A stretch of DNA of 64,000 nt. Origin: an uncultured delta proteobacterium. Lineage in GTDB: Bacteria; Desulfobacterota; Binatia; UBA9968. The position numbers and the translations under genes are program-made. The first letter of the stretch is position 1. The number at the start of each line of letters is the position of its first letter. Below, one piece after another: positions 52,931 to 63,913 of the stretch. The notes beneath the pieces were generated by a model, which had not been told where the DNA came from, ran no database searches, and saw only the letters and a list, made by a program, of their open reading frames with translations. The DNA is taken from contig CAVWLW010000027.1 in NCBI GenBank assembly GCA_963755715.1, forward strand, positions 96,001 through 160,000. The letters are read 5' to 3'.

Positions 52931-54048
52931 ATGGGACTTTCGATTCGAGAAATCATCGCAACCTATAATCCCGATGCTCATTTAAGTGAGGCGTCAACCC
53001 CGCCATCATCTTGGTACACAGATCCTCGCATTCTCGAACTCGAGCAAAAAACGGTCCTTTCGCAGTCGTGGCAGTTCGTCGGTCGCACCAATCAGCTGGG
53101 CGATCCAGGCAACTACATCACATGTGATGTCGCCGGCGAGCCAATCGTCGTCGTTGTAGGAAATGACAATGTTCCGCGTGGCTTCTTCAACGTCTGCCGT
53201 CATCACGCCGCAGCCGTAATGACGAAATCCGAGGGAAGAACAGAGAATCTGCGCTGTCCCTACCATGGCTGGACGTACAATCTGGAAGGTGCGCTGATTC
53301 TTACGCCGGAATTTGGCGGGGTCGCCAATTTCGACCGCGCCGCGAACGGGCTTGTTCCGGTTCAAACTGCGGTCTGGCAGAACTGGGTGTTCGTGAAGCT
53401 CGACGGCTGGAGATCCGTCACTCGAAGATTTTCTCGGCAAGGATCTCATCGGACGTTTAGAACGCTTGAACCTCGAACAATTAAGATGGTTCGAACGCCG
53501 CCACTATACAGTCAACTGCAACTGGAAAGTCTTCGTCGACAATTATCTCGACGGCGGCTATCACGTCCCGCATATTCACGGCGGTTTGAACAGCGTACTC
53601 GATTACAGCAACTACAAGATCGAAACTGGCGAGCGCTTTTGTGTGCAGTCGAGCCCGATCGTGCCAAATGTAGGCGAGGGTAAAACCGCCGAAGTCCGCA
53701 AAGGCGAGCGCGCATTCTATTACTGGATCTATCCGAATCTCATGATCAACATCTACGACGGCGTGATGGATACGAATCTCGTCATCCCGCGCGGCATTGA
53801 CCAAGACCGAAGTCATCTTCGATTACTATTTTGCCGACGTCTCGGAACAGGCCCGCAAGCACAACCTCGCGAGCATCGCCGTCAGCGAACAGATCCAAGC
53901 CGAAGACGTCGCGATCTGCGAATCCGTCCAGCGCGGCTTGAACTCTCGCTCGTATTCTACCGGCCGGCTGTCAGTTCGGCGCGAAGCGGGAGAGCATCTT
54001 TTTCACAAGCTGCTGCATGCGGATTTGGTGGCCGGCTTTGTTGGATGA
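52931..54048 (+). CDS. Rieske non-heme iron oxygenase alpha subunit, choline monooxygenase-like (frameshifts near 53405 and 53800)
   Basis: CRHH...CPYHGW, NWKVFVDNYLDGGYHVPHIH, ED..ICESVQRGL. Confidence 0.87.
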
Positions 54049-54069
54049 CGAATCCCGACAAACTCAGTC

Positions 54070-55815
54070 TTACAGTCGCTCCTGAATGCCATATCGCGCG
54101 CTGATTTTCTGCGCGATCGACACAAGGAGGATCAAGATCGTGAACATGAGCACGCCGAAGGCGCTCAGTTGTTGAAATGAGCCGTTGGTCCAAAGATCGT
54201 AGATGATGACCGATGCGGTGCGGTTGCTCGAGCGCGCAAGCATCAACGAAATCGTCAGCTCCCGATAGGCGTGGACCATGACCCAAAACCATCCAGCCAT
54301 GAGACCGGGGCGAAGAAGCGGCAAATAAATGTGGCGAAAGTTTCTCCACCAGCCTCCGCCTGCCACCGCTGCCGCTTCTTCGAGCTCGGTATGAATTTGT
54401 ACCATGGATGCCGAGACAAAACGCAGAGCAAAGGGCAAATACCTCGTCAAATAAGCCAAGCCGATGATGCTCAACGTGCCGATGACGGGCAGCGGCACCA
54501 ATAGATAAAGCCAAAGAAATGCGGAGCCAAGCACGACGCTCGGCAGGGCGATGGGAGCGAAGGCAAGGAAGTCGAGAATTTTTCGGCCGCCGAGCCGCGT
54601 CTTGTGCACGAAATAACTGATTGCCGCAACCAACAGCATGACGATGGTGGCCGAGCCGACACCGAGCAATGTGCTGTTCCATAGCGGCTTGAGCGCGTAA
54701 CCGCCTTCGGTGAGAAGAGTTCTGTAATTAATCAATGACATCGCCTCGAACGCTTCGGCGGTCGGCGGTCGAAAGCGCGGCAACAAAGAAGCGTAAAGCA
54801 TGGTCAGAAACGGCAGTCCGGTAATGAAGAATACGAGGAAAAGACTCAACAGACAGCTGAGATATTTCCAGCCGCCGAGATCGATGCGCCGCGGCCGGTA
54901 GTCCTTGCCAGTGATCGTTTGGTAACGCTCGCCGTGGCGCACGAGGCGGAAATAAACATAGAGCAGCGCCATGGAAAGAAACAACAGCACGATCGAATAC
55001 GTGCTCGACAGACCCCAATCCGTCGGCATACGCGACGTGTTGAAATAAACTTGCGTCGTATACACCGCCACCCGAGCGCGCCCACCAAGCAAAAGCGGCA
55101 CTTCGAAGCTCTCGATCGTCTGTATGAACAAAAGCAACGCGGCCGCTGCCGCCGCGGGCACGATCAGGGGCAACGTGACGCGGCGAAAAGTCGGCCAGGT
55201 GCCGGCGCCGGCGATGGCTGACGCTTCCTCGAGGCGCGGATCGATCGACTGCATCGCGGCGGACATCAGTAGATAAGCGAGCGGCGTCATTTCCAGCGCT
55301 TGCACCCAAACCATACCCCAAAAAGAATAGATATTGAGGAATCGCGGCACACCGGTGAGGGCGTTGATCATATAGTTGAGCACGCCGATGCTCGGGCTCG
55401 CCGAGAGAATCCAAGAGATCGTGATGATTACGCCGGGAATAATAATTCGCCCCAGAGTAATCATGCCAATCAACTTTGCCAGCGGCGTATTGGTGCGCTC
55501 CACGGCCCACGCCAAGAATGTCCCGCAGATAAAGGCGCAGAAGCTCGACAAGGCCGCGAAGTAGAGCGTGTTTAGGCTCGCTTCCCAAAATTCGCTGATG
55601 CCGTACGCCCTGACGTAGTTGGCGAGCGTGAAGCTCAGTTCTAGGAAACCGGGCTCGCCGGGGCGAATCGTCTTCAGGCTGGTCCAGATGATGAGAAGAA
55701 GCGGAACGAGGACTTGGTAGCCAAGAATAACAACCAAGCCGATGACAACGATGCCGCCACCGCTCATCAACGGCGGCCGCGCTCCGGCTCCCCAACGGAG
55801 CGAGCTCGTTGCCAT
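54070..55815 (-). CDS. ABC transporter permease, FbpB-like, two MSD repeats
   Basis: Two EAA motifs (LEEASAIAGA, LEEAAAVAGG). Confidence 0.9.
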   Translation of the reverse strand: MATSSLRWGAGARPPLMSGGGIVVIGLVVILGYQVLVPLLLIIWTSLKTIRPGEPGFLELSFTLANYVRAYGISEFWEASLNTLYFAALSSFCAFICGTFLAWAVERTNTPLAKLIGMITLGRIIIPGVIITISWILSASPSIGVLNYMINALTGVPRFLNIYSFWGMVWVQALEMTPLAYLLMSAAMQSIDPRLEEASAIAGAGTWPTFRRVTLPLIVPAAAAAALLLFIQTIESFEVPLLLGGRARVAVYTTQVYFNTSRMPTDWGLSSTYSIVLLFLSMALLYVYFRLVRHGERYQTITGKDYRPRRIDLGGWKYLSCLLSLFLVFFITGLPFLTMLYASLLPRFRPPTAEAFEAMSLINYRTLLTEGGYALKPLWNSTLLGVGSATIVMLLVAAISYFVHKTRLGGRKILDFLAFAPIALPSVVLGSAFLWLYLLVPLPVIGTLSIIGLAYLTRYLPFALRFVSASMVQIHTELEEAAAVAGGGWWRNFRHIYLPLLRPGLMAGWFWVMVHAYRELTISLMLARSSNRTASVIIYDLWTNGSFQQLSAFGVLMFTILILLVSIAQKISARYGIQERL

Positions 55816-55836
55816 GATGTCAAATCACCTGGGCGG

Positions 55837-56916
55837 TTACTTCATCCGGCCGATCGATTGGTTCCAGGCCTCGTGTAGCCGTTTGGTGATGTCGTCGCTG
55901 ACGATGTTATAGGTGACGAGCTTGACGCTGTCCGGCAAATACGGATGCTTGATCGTGAGCGGTCCGCGCAAGATCGAGTTGATGAGATTTTGGCTATCCG
56001 GCGACAACGTCCAGTCGACGAATAATGCCGATGCATAAGGATGCTCGGTATTTTTGTTGATCACCATGGCGCCGGCGAAGGACAGCACGGGCGCGCTCAA
56101 TACCATAGCGAAAGGCGCCTTAGGATCTTTTTTCTTGGCTTCCACGCCGGTGTAAAAATAATTGTCACCCTGCACGGCATGATCGCCTGTGAGCATGAGC
56201 TCCATGCGCTGGGTGTGGCCTTGCTGGATGATCGGTTGATTCTGCCCCATGCATTTGAACCATTCTTTGACTTTCCCTTCGCCCATCATGACGTAAAGTC
56301 CGGCCATAAAGCGCGTTTCCGGTGGATCGAAGGAAACCTGCCCCTTGAACTCGGGCTTACAAAGATCGAACCAAGCTTTTGGCGCTTTGTCCGGCTTGAC
56401 CAAATCCGTATTGTAAGAAATTCCATGTTCGGCCCAATACCAAGGCGTCCAGCGATTCTCCGGCTCGATGAACGCTTGGTACTGTTTTAAAATCCCTTTG
56501 GTCGCCGGCGTTGGATACTTGGCGACCAAATTTTGCTTGAGAATAACCGCCATATCGGGCACGCCGAGTGTGAGAATATCGGTCAGATGCCGGCCCGCGG
56601 TCTCCTCGGCGATGAAGCGCTCCGCCGCATCCTGTGAGCCGATATCGCCCATCTCGACTTTCACAAAGGGATAGCGTTTTTCAAAAAGAGCGACATGATC
56701 GCGCGCGATCTTGCCGCGCCAAGTATGAACGAAATTGAGCTTGCCCTCCTTGCGCGCACCGTCTTCGAGTTGCTTGGTTCGCTGGTCGGCCGGCAATTTA
56801 GCGAGTTTGGTGTAAAGCTGCTCCGCTGACGATTCCGCGGCAACGCTCTTGCCTACAAACGGGTGAAAGCCTATGGCTACGGCGATCAGCAGGGCAATTC
56901 GAACAAGGCGAGTCAT
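55837..56916 (-). CDS. ABC transporter solute-binding protein
   Basis: Signal peptide; GARKEGKL, FEKRYP, HPYASALFVDW.LS. Confidence 0.88.
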   Translation of the reverse strand: MTRLVRIALLIAVAIGFHPFVGKSVAAESSAEQLYTKLAKLPADQRTKQLEDGARKEGKLNFVHTWRGKIARDHVALFEKRYPFVKVEMGDIGSQDAAERFIAEETAGRHLTDILTLGVPDMAVILKQNLVAKYPTPATKGILKQYQAFIEPENRWTPWYWAEHGISYNTDLVKPDKAPKAWFDLCKPEFKGQVSFDPPETRFMAGLYVMMGEGKVKEWFKCMGQNQPIIQQGHTQRMELMLTGDHAVQGDNYFYTGVEAKKKDPKAPFAMVLSAPVLSFAGAMVINKNTEHPYASALFVDWTLSPDSQNLINSILRGPLTIKHPYLPDSVKLVTYNIVSDDITKRLHEAWNQSIGRMK

Positions 56917-57060
56917 GCGAAATCCTCCCATTACGAATGGAATCAAGGTTTTCCTATATGCCAGTTGAGCGCATGTTTTCAAGGCAAGGGAGCGTTGTTT
57001 TGCGAAGCTTCTCGAATCGGCGTAGAATGTTTCCCATTAATCGAGTCGAAAAAAATTTAC

Positions 57061-58017
57061 ATGCGCTCAAAAATTTACATCGACGGTCAAGCGGGCACCA
57101 CAGCGCTGCGCATTCGCGAATGGCTCGCGGAACGGGACGATCTCGAGGTCGTGACGCTTCCTGAAGAACTGCGCAAAGATCCTGCCGCACGCAAGCAGGC
57201 ATTCGAGGGCGCCAACATTGTCTTACTCTGTCTTCCCGATGATGCGGCGAAAGAAGCCGCGAGTTGGGTGAGCGATTCGCCGGTGCGGCTTCTCGACGCT
57301 AGCACCGCGCACCGCGTTACCGAAGGTTGGGTTTATGGGCTGCCCGAATTAATCCCGGATCAGCGCGAGCGCATAGCCAAAGCTCAACGGGTGGCGAACC
57401 CCGGCTGTTATGCCTCTGCCGTGATTTTGCTGCTGCGCCCGCTCGTGGACGCGGGGCTGATCGCGCCGGACACGCCGTTGTCGATTCATGCCCTTTCCGG
57501 TTACTCCGGCGGCGGGCGTTCGCTCATAGAACGTTGGGAAGACCCCAAGCGTGGCTTGCTCAAGCTGACTTACGAAGCTCCATACAGCATTGCTAAGTTT
57601 CACAAACACATCCCGGAAATCATGCGCCATGGCGCGCTCGATACGGAACCGCATTTTCTACCCAATGTCGGTCCGTTTCGTTGCGGCATGCGCGTGGAGA
57701 TCATGATCCCGGCGAAAGCTCGGCTCAAAGCGGGCAGCGGCAAAGCCCTGTGGGAAATCCTGTCGGCGCGCTACGAGAGTGAAACATTCGTCGAAGTTGA
57801 ACCCTTGACTGACGCCAGCGAGGCGGACGAGTTCAGCTTCGATCCGCAAGCGCTCAACGATACCAACCGCATCTCGCTTCGCGTCCTGCCGCACCAGTCC
57901 GGTCACGTCCTGCTTATGGCGCGGCTCGACAACCTCGGCAAAGGCGCGGCGGGCGTGGCGATTCAGAATTTGAATCTCATGCTGGGCGTACCGGAAGACA
58001 CAGGCCTACCGCGCTAA
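57061..58017 (+). CDS. argC: N-acetyl-gamma-glutamyl-phosphate reductase (type 2)
   Basis: IDGQAGTT, LCLPD, DASTAHR, ANPGCY, SGYSGGG, DNLGKGAAG. Confidence 0.95.
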   Translation: MRSKIYIDGQAGTTALRIREWLAERDDLEVVTLPEELRKDPAARKQAFEGANIVLLCLPDDAAKEAASWVSDSPVRLLDASTAHRVTEGWVYGLPELIPDQRERIAKAQRVANPGCYASAVILLLRPLVDAGLIAPDTPLSIHALSGYSGGGRSLIERWEDPKRGLLKLTYEAPYSIAKFHKHIPEIMRHGALDTEPHFLPNVGPFRCGMRVEIMIPAKARLKAGSGKALWEILSARYESETFVEVEPLTDASEADEFSFDPQALNDTNRISLRVLPHQSGHVLLMARLDNLGKGAAGVAIQNLNLMLGVPEDTGLPR

Positions 58018-58850
58018 CGCCGTTTCGCCTTTTCGGCCACGCGCGCGTTGGGCACGATCCGTAGCGGCGTGGGAACCCAGGGAAGCAAGCCGCGAATCAT
58101 GCTAGCCAGCAAAGCGAGCCTTTTTTCTTTTCGCCCGCTCCATCGTAGATCATAGCCAGCTCGAAGCGTTTCCGGCAGCAGCCCGGCTGTGACAAATCGA
58201 AACAGCGGTCCGCCGGGCTTGAAAATCCATGGACGCGGATAAAGCACATCGTGCGCGAGACGCTTCGCCAACCGTCCCACGGCGATTTTGTCACTGAGCA
58301 ACATCCGCTTCATGTACGCTTCGAATGCTTCGAGCGACACCGGAATTGTCTCTTCTTCAATCCCGAACAATGAAGCCAGTTTTTTGGAATCGTTGTAATA
58401 GGTAATTCTCTCATGCGGCGACAATGGCGCGACAAACAGGTGATAGGCGACCAGCGCCGAATCGATCAACGTAGCGTGCACCCAGAGCAGCAGTTCCTGA
58501 TCGAAAGCATCGTACGGCGCACCGCCCTGCGACGGTTCGTTCTCCGGAACAACGCCGCGCACCTGTGTGTGGCGACGCTCCACGCTTTGAAGCGCAGCCC
58601 GCGCGTCCAACTGTTCGTCAAACACGATCGACCACATCGCGTTCATAGTGCGATAAAGCCGGGCGAGCGGATCTTCTTGAAAGCGGCTGTGCTCGGCGAC
58701 ACCGGCGGCGATCTTCGGATGGGCGAGTTGCATCAGCAGCGCGCGCCCGCCGGCGAGCAGCAGGACCATTTCCCGATTGACGTGCCGGATCTTGCTGTCG
58801 CGCTCGAAAAATCCCTCGCCGCCTTTTGTCTTGTCCGGAACCGTGCTCAC
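58014..58850 (-). CDS. Oxygenase MpaB / DUF2236 family protein
   Basis: GGRALLMQLAHP.IAAGVAEHS.F..DP..RL.RT, WVHATL. Confidence 0.9.
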   Translation of the reverse strand: MSTVPDKTKGGEGFFERDSKIRHVNREMVLLLAGGRALLMQLAHPKIAAGVAEHSRFQEDPLARLYRTMNAMWSIVFDEQLDARAALQSVERRHTQVRGVVPENEPSQGGAPYDAFDQELLLWVHATLIDSALVAYHLFVAPLSPHERITYYNDSKKLASLFGIEEETIPVSLEAFEAYMKRMLLSDKIAVGRLAKRLAHDVLYPRPWIFKPGGPLFRFVTAGLLPETLRAGYDLRWSGRKEKRLALLASMIRGLLPWVPTPLRIVPNARVAEKAKRR

Positions 58851-58861
58851 GTCGAGAACGC

Positions 58862-60096
58862 TTAGGCCAAAGTATCGGACGGCAGCGGCGCTATTTGTAA
58901 TTCTTCCGCTGAGCGCTGCGCGCCGGGCAAGATCCACCACGCAAAAGCCCCCAACGTAAATGCGCCGACGCCGCAGATCAGATAAAGCAGATCGATGCCG
59001 CTTCGATCGATCAACCAGCCGGCCGATGCGTTCGAGACAATGCCGGCGATACCCGCGCTCACCATCGAGAGAATTCCTTGCGCCGTGGAGCGCAGTTTTT
59101 CCGGCGCCACAACGTCAAGATAAAGCGGGCTACCCAAGTTGAGTCCCACGACGGTGACGCCGTGTAGCGCCTGCACAGCGAACAAAAGAGTCGTATCGGT
59201 GATCATGGCGCATAAAAACCAGCGCAAGCCGCCGACCAGGACGCCGACGCCAAGCAAGCCGCGGGCGCCGAGGCGCTTCAAGCCGCTGCCCGTTGAAAGC
59301 ACGAGCGGGATCTCGAACAGCAACATGAGGATCCACATATTGCGAATCGTGCTGAGATCGCCGCCGCGCGAGCGGACAAAGAGCGGGAACAACCACATCG
59401 GTCCGTGCATCAGGAAATGGGCGATGAGCGCGAACAACAAAAATCTCAGAAACGCGCGGTTGTGCACGAGCTCGCGCCAATCGCCGCGTTGCGCGCGCAG
59501 TGCCACGGCGCCGCTCCTAGGCAGCAGGAAAGCGATCAACGCCGCGCCAAACACCAAGCTCGCGGTGATCGGAAACATCAAACCGAGATCAGGCTGTGAT
59601 GAATTGACGGCTGGCGCATTTCCGACCGGCTGAATAAGGGTAAGCAGCCAAGGAAATAAAAGAATGAGAATGAAATAGCCGACCGTCCCCCACACGCGCA
59701 CCCGGCCAAACGCGTGGCGGCCCTCGTCGCGCAGAATCGCCAGGCTCACCGAAGTCATGATTGGAAAAATCGCAGTGCCGACTACGGCCAGCGCTGCAGT
59801 CGCGAGACCGATCGACCAAAAACCTGCCGCGCTGCCAAGTCCTAGATAACCCAGAGCCGTGCCCAAGGTGAGCAACGCCAGCATGCGGCTGCGCGCGCCG
59901 GTGCGGTCCGCCAGATTGTCCCCAGAACGGCTGAGCGAGCATGCCGATCAACGGCGAGATCGCTAAAATCAAACCCACTTCTGTGCCGGTCAGCCCGGCA
60001 TTCTCTCTCAGATAAAGAGCGAAATAAGGATAGAAGATGCCCAAGGAACCGAAGTAGACAAACCAAAACAAGCGTCAGCGGAATAGAATGCCACAT
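58862..60096 (-). CDS. MFS transporter, nucleoside:H+ symporter-like (frameshifts near 59915 and 60075)
   Basis: YF...G..PYF.LYL, FGRVRVWGT.G, QALHG. Confidence 0.82.
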
Positions 60097-60157
60097 GGCG
60101 CGATGATAACATCAGTCGGCATAAGGTTCACTGTCGGTAAACGAAGAATTTGGGAAA

Positions 60158-60704
60158 ATGCCGGACACGAGCTGCAATTCGCCGCGCACTGTCCATACCA
60201 TCGGCCACTCAACGAGAACGATTGATGCGTTGATCGAATTCTTAGGTGCGCACGCAATCGAGCTGCTCGTCGACGTGCGCCGCTGGCCGGCGTCGCGCCG
60301 CTATCCACATTTCAATCGCGAGCCGTTAGGCGCGTCGCTGCAAGCGCACGGCATCGATTATCTGTGGCGCGGTGATCTCAGGCGGTTTTCGCAAACCCGC
60401 TCCCGACTCACCTAACACTGCCTGGCGGGTTGCGACCTTTCGCGCCTATGCGGATTTCATGTTGACGGAGGAATTCGAGCGAATCATGAAGGAAATGGAA
60501 ACGAGCGCGGACCAAAACCGCATCGCCGTCATGTGCGCCGAAGCGGTTCCCTGGCGTTGTCATCGGCAGTTACTCGCCGATGCGTTTCTCGTGCGCGGTT
60601 GGGCGGTACGCCATATCCTGGACGACACTTGCCACGAGCATTCGTTGCCGGGCTTTGCCCGTGCGGATGGGACGCGAATTTATTATGGCGGCGCGAGCAA
60701 ATGA
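60158..60704 (+). CDS. DUF488 family protein (frameshift near 60375)
   Basis: TIGHSTR, LVDVRRWP.SRR.PHF, MCAEAVPWRCHR.L.AD. Confidence 0.88.
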
Positions 60705-60719
60705 GCGCCGGCAGCAGCG

Positions 60720-61487
60720 CTAGCGGTACATCCCGCTTGGATCGAGCTCTTCGCGGATCAAGCGCAGCTCTTCTACCGATGGTGCGGAAACCTCCTCGAT
60801 CTTAGCGGCCAGCCGCAGTGGCCAGCCGACTTCTTCCTGCACATTCTTTTCGGTTATGCCGGGATAGAGCGCGTTCAGTTGCATCTCGCGCTCGGCATTG
60901 TCGAAGTTCAAGATCGCCATGTCGGTAATCACGATCTCGGGTCCGCCGCCGGGAAGGCCGAGACGGGAGCGGCTGTCCCCGCCGGTCAGATGACCCGGGC
61001 TGGTGACGAAGTCAAGCTTTTCGACGAATGCCCGGCGTTTGAGACGCATGATCATGAACGTTCGTTGAGCGTTGGTGGCGATCTCGCAGGCGCCGCCGCT
61101 CCCCGGCAGGCGCGTCTTGGGTTTGGCATAGTCGCCGATCACCGTGGAATTGAGATTGCCGTGTTTATCGATCTGGGCTCCGCCAAGCAGCGCGATTTCG
61201 ACCAAGCCCCGTTGCAAATACAAGCCAAATAGATCCGCCATCGATACCACCGAGACGGCGCCGCTGACGAGTGTCGGATCGCCGATGGAAAGCGGCAACC
61301 GCTCCGGTCGCGCGCCGTAAACACCGGACTCATAAATCAGCTCCATATCCGGAGCGACGGTGACGCGCGCCAAGTTGCAGGCGATATTGGGGAGACCGAC
61401 GCCGACGAATACGGTGCGCGCGCCCGTCAACATGCGCGCCGCCACTGCGATCATCATCTCCGACGCCGAATAAGCGGGATCGCTCAT
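60720..61487 (-). CDS. pcaJ: 3-oxoadipate CoA-transferase beta subunit (GctB/CatJ type)
   Basis: FVGVGLP, YESG, GGAQID..GN.NST.IG, RLPGSGG; next to pcaB. Confidence 0.78.
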   Translation of the reverse strand: MSDPAYSASEMMIAVAARMLTGARTVFVGVGLPNIACNLARVTVAPDMELIYESGVYGARPERLPLSIGDPTLVSGAVSVVSMADLFGLYLQRGLVEIALLGGAQIDKHGNLNSTVIGDYAKPKTRLPGSGGACEIATNAQRTFMIMRLKRRAFVEKLDFVTSPGHLTGGDSRSRLGLPGGGPEIVITDMAILNFDNAEREMQLNALYPGITEKNVQEEVGWPLRLAAKIEEVSAPSVEELRLIREELDPSGMYR

Positions 61488-62416
61488 CGATACCTCCCGT
61501 AATCGACCGACGGCGCCGGATAAGGCTCCGGCTTGAGCTTGTCAAAATGGGCTTGCCCAATTTTGCCCACGTAAGCGCCGAAATTTTCCAGGCCGTAAAC
61601 CCATTCGTCGAGCCACGCGACGACCGCCGCGTGATCCTGCGAAAGTTTATCCCAGGCAAGATAGGACTCGTTGTCTCGGTCGTAATAACCCTGAACGTAC
61701 GAAGGATGCGCGCCATACGGTTCGTGCACCACCGCATCGACGATCAAGCCGGGAATCAAAGTACGATTGGGATCGGCGCGGATCACCGATTCGTCAACCA
61801 ACTCTTCCACCACGACGATGACACGCTTCGAAGCGAAAGCTACTTCTTTCTGCATGCCGAGGAGCCCCCACAATTGCGTATTGCCCTGCCGATCAGCGCG
61901 TTGGGCGTGCAGGATAGCGACGTCGGGGTTGAGCGGCGGCACCACAGCGATCTTACCCGTGCCGTAGGGATCGTCGATAAGTTTAATTAACGGATTGGCC
62001 GTTAGCATGTCTGAGCCGACGTAGCTCCGTAGGGCGAAAAACGGCATGCGCGCCGCGCCGGCGGCATAACGGCCGACCAGCCCGTAGTGCGAATACTCTT
62101 CCAGCTCCAATGGAAGGGGGACACTTTTCTCCACAGCGCGGCGAATGCAGTAAAGCGAGCCGACGCCCGGATTGCCCATATAGCTGAAAATTAATTTTTT
62201 CGCCGCCCCGGCCGCGATCATCTGATCGTAGATCAGATCGGGAGTCATCCGGATCAAGGTCAAATTGCGCCGGCGCTGCCGAATGATCTCATGGCCCGCC
62301 GCGAAACAGATGAATCCGGTGAAACCTTCGATGGCGATCGAGCAGTCATCCGCCACGTGCGTGGCGATGGCCTCTCGCATCGATACGACCTTATCGGTTT
62401 TTGCTGTGTTGCTCAT
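61484..62416 (-). CDS. pcaI: 3-oxoadipate CoA-transferase alpha subunit (GctA/CatI type)
   Basis: EGFT..I.FAAGHEIIRQ, RMTPDLIYDQMI, GNPGVGSL, EEYSH, GAHPSY.QGYY.RDN. Confidence 0.8.
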   Translation of the reverse strand: MSNTAKTDKVVSMREAIATHVADDCSIAIEGFTGFICFAAGHEIIRQRRRNLTLIRMTPDLIYDQMIAAGAAKKLIFSYMGNPGVGSLYCIRRAVEKSVPLPLELEEYSHYGLVGRYAAGAARMPFFALRSYVGSDMLTANPLIKLIDDPYGTGKIAVVPPLNPDVAILHAQRADRQGNTQLWGLLGMQKEVAFASKRVIVVVEELVDESVIRADPNRTLIPGLIVDAVVHEPYGAHPSYVQGYYDRDNESYLAWDKLSQDHAAVVAWLDEWVYGLENFGAYVGKIGQAHFDKLKPEPYPAPSVDYGRYR

Positions 62417-62435
62417 TTTCTGAAATAAGATTCTT

Positions 62436-63785
62436 TCAAACTAAAAATTTATTGGCGCTTTCAAGCACTCGATCGAGCATTCTGTTCGACTCGCCGACGT
62501 AGTTCTCCGGCTTGCCCAGAACCTGCCAGTCGACCGTGCCGTCGCCAATTTCGCCCTTCGATAAATCACGCACGACATCAATCAGCGGTTTGCCGTCAGC
62601 CACCGCCACCGCGCACGCTTTTTTTACCAGCTCTTCGGCCTTAAGCCGCGGCATCAGCTTGGCAAGGGCAAAGACCGCGGCTTCCGCGAGAATGACGTCG
62701 TTAGCGCGGGCGATATTGGCCCTCATTGCAGTGGAGTCCACTTGCAGATTCCTCGCCAGATAGAGCGCATGCTGGAGCGCGCCGCCGGTGAGAAGCATCA
62801 TTTGCGGCAGGGTCAGCCATTCCATCTGCCAACCATGCGTGGCGCGCTCTTGTTCCTGGATCTGCGCCTGGTGCATTGCTGACAACAAGGAAGCATTCGT
62901 GCGTGCCGCGGCGACGATCAGCTCGCTCGTGATCGGGTTGGCCTTCTGCGGCATCGTGCTGCTGCCGCCGCGGCCTCTCTCCGACGACTCACCGATCTCA
63001 CCGACTTCAGTCTGCGCCATGAGAATAATATCCTGCGCCATCTTGCCGAGCGTTCCCGTGACGAGACTCAGCCAGCTCGCAAACTCAACAAATGAATCGC
63101 GCTGCGCATGCCAAGGCATCGCCGGGACGCCTAATTTGAGCTCCTTAGCCAATTCTTCCGCAACGGCCAAACCCTTATCGCCCAGAGCCGCCAATGTCCC
63201 GGCGGCGCCGCCGAACTGCACGACGAGCAGGCGCGGCTGGATTTCCTCGAGACGTTGCAAGTGGCGCACAAGCGGCGCCAGCCAATTCGCGACCTTCAAG
63301 CCGAAAGTCACCGGCAACGCCTGCTGCCCGTGTGTGCGAGCGGCTAGGATCGTATTTCGATGCCGATCGGCCAGCGCGCTCAAGTGGCGCACCACCTCTT
63401 GGAGCCTCGTCTTGAATGACTTGATCGCCGCTCGAAGCTGCAAGACACAAGCGGTATCCATGATGTCCTGCGTGGTCGCGCCCCAGTGAACGAATGACGC
63501 CGCATCAGCGCTCACTTGTTTACGCAGCTCTTGAACCAACGCGATGATCGGAAAACCCGAACGCACCGTCCCCTTCGCCAGCGCAGCGACGTCAATCTTT
63601 TCTGCTTGAACATGGGCTATCTGCTCAGCCGCGTTTGTGGGGATGACGCCGGCGCGAGCCTCAGCACGAGCTAAAGCAATCTCGACTTCGACGAGAGCGC
63701 GCACCAAGGCCGCATCGCTGAGCAGCGTCGCGATCTCGTCATCGCTGAAGAGCGGACCCAAAATGGCTGAATCGAGCGCCGTCAT
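62436..63785 (-). CDS. pcaB: 3-carboxy-cis,cis-muconate cycloisomerase
   Basis: VHWGATTQDIMDT, RTHGQQA.P.TFG.K, QFGGAAGTL, GGSSTMPQKANP, ERA..GWQ.EW. Confidence 0.88.
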   Translation of the reverse strand: MTALDSAILGPLFSDDEIATLLSDAALVRALVEVEIALARAEARAGVIPTNAAEQIAHVQAEKIDVAALAKGTVRSGFPIIALVQELRKQVSADAASFVHWGATTQDIMDTACVLQLRAAIKSFKTRLQEVVRHLSALADRHRNTILAARTHGQQALPVTFGLKVANWLAPLVRHLQRLEEIQPRLLVVQFGGAAGTLAALGDKGLAVAEELAKELKLGVPAMPWHAQRDSFVEFASWLSLVTGTLGKMAQDIILMAQTEVGEIGESSERGRGGSSTMPQKANPITSELIVAAARTNASLLSAMHQAQIQEQERATHGWQMEWLTLPQMMLLTGGALQHALYLARNLQVDSTAMRANIARANDVILAEAAVFALAKLMPRLKAEELVKKACAVAVADGKPLIDVVRDLSKGEIGDGTVDWQVLGKPENYVGESNRMLDRVLESANKFLV

Positions 63786-63815
63786 CGGATAAACCTAATT
63801 TGATAATTCTGTTTC

Positions 63816-63913
63816 TGTCATTCCGAACGAACGTGAGGAATCTTTCTCCAGTCCTAACGACACACCGTCTCAACGTTTAAAAAGAAAGATTTCTCCTTTC
63901 AGTCGAAATAACA
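63816..63913. repeat. Nested inverted-repeat element (REP/MITE-like)
   Basis: TGTCATTCCGA/TCGAAATAACA outer arms; GAGGAATCTTTCT/AGAAAGATTTCTC inner arms. Confidence 0.65.

Noticed and set aside
54728-55795. Long alternative-frame ORF (355 aa) and other antisense ORFs such as 8822-9577 and 62788-63489
   Set aside because: They are shadow ORFs of well-supported genes in GC-rich DNA, with no recognisable motifs.
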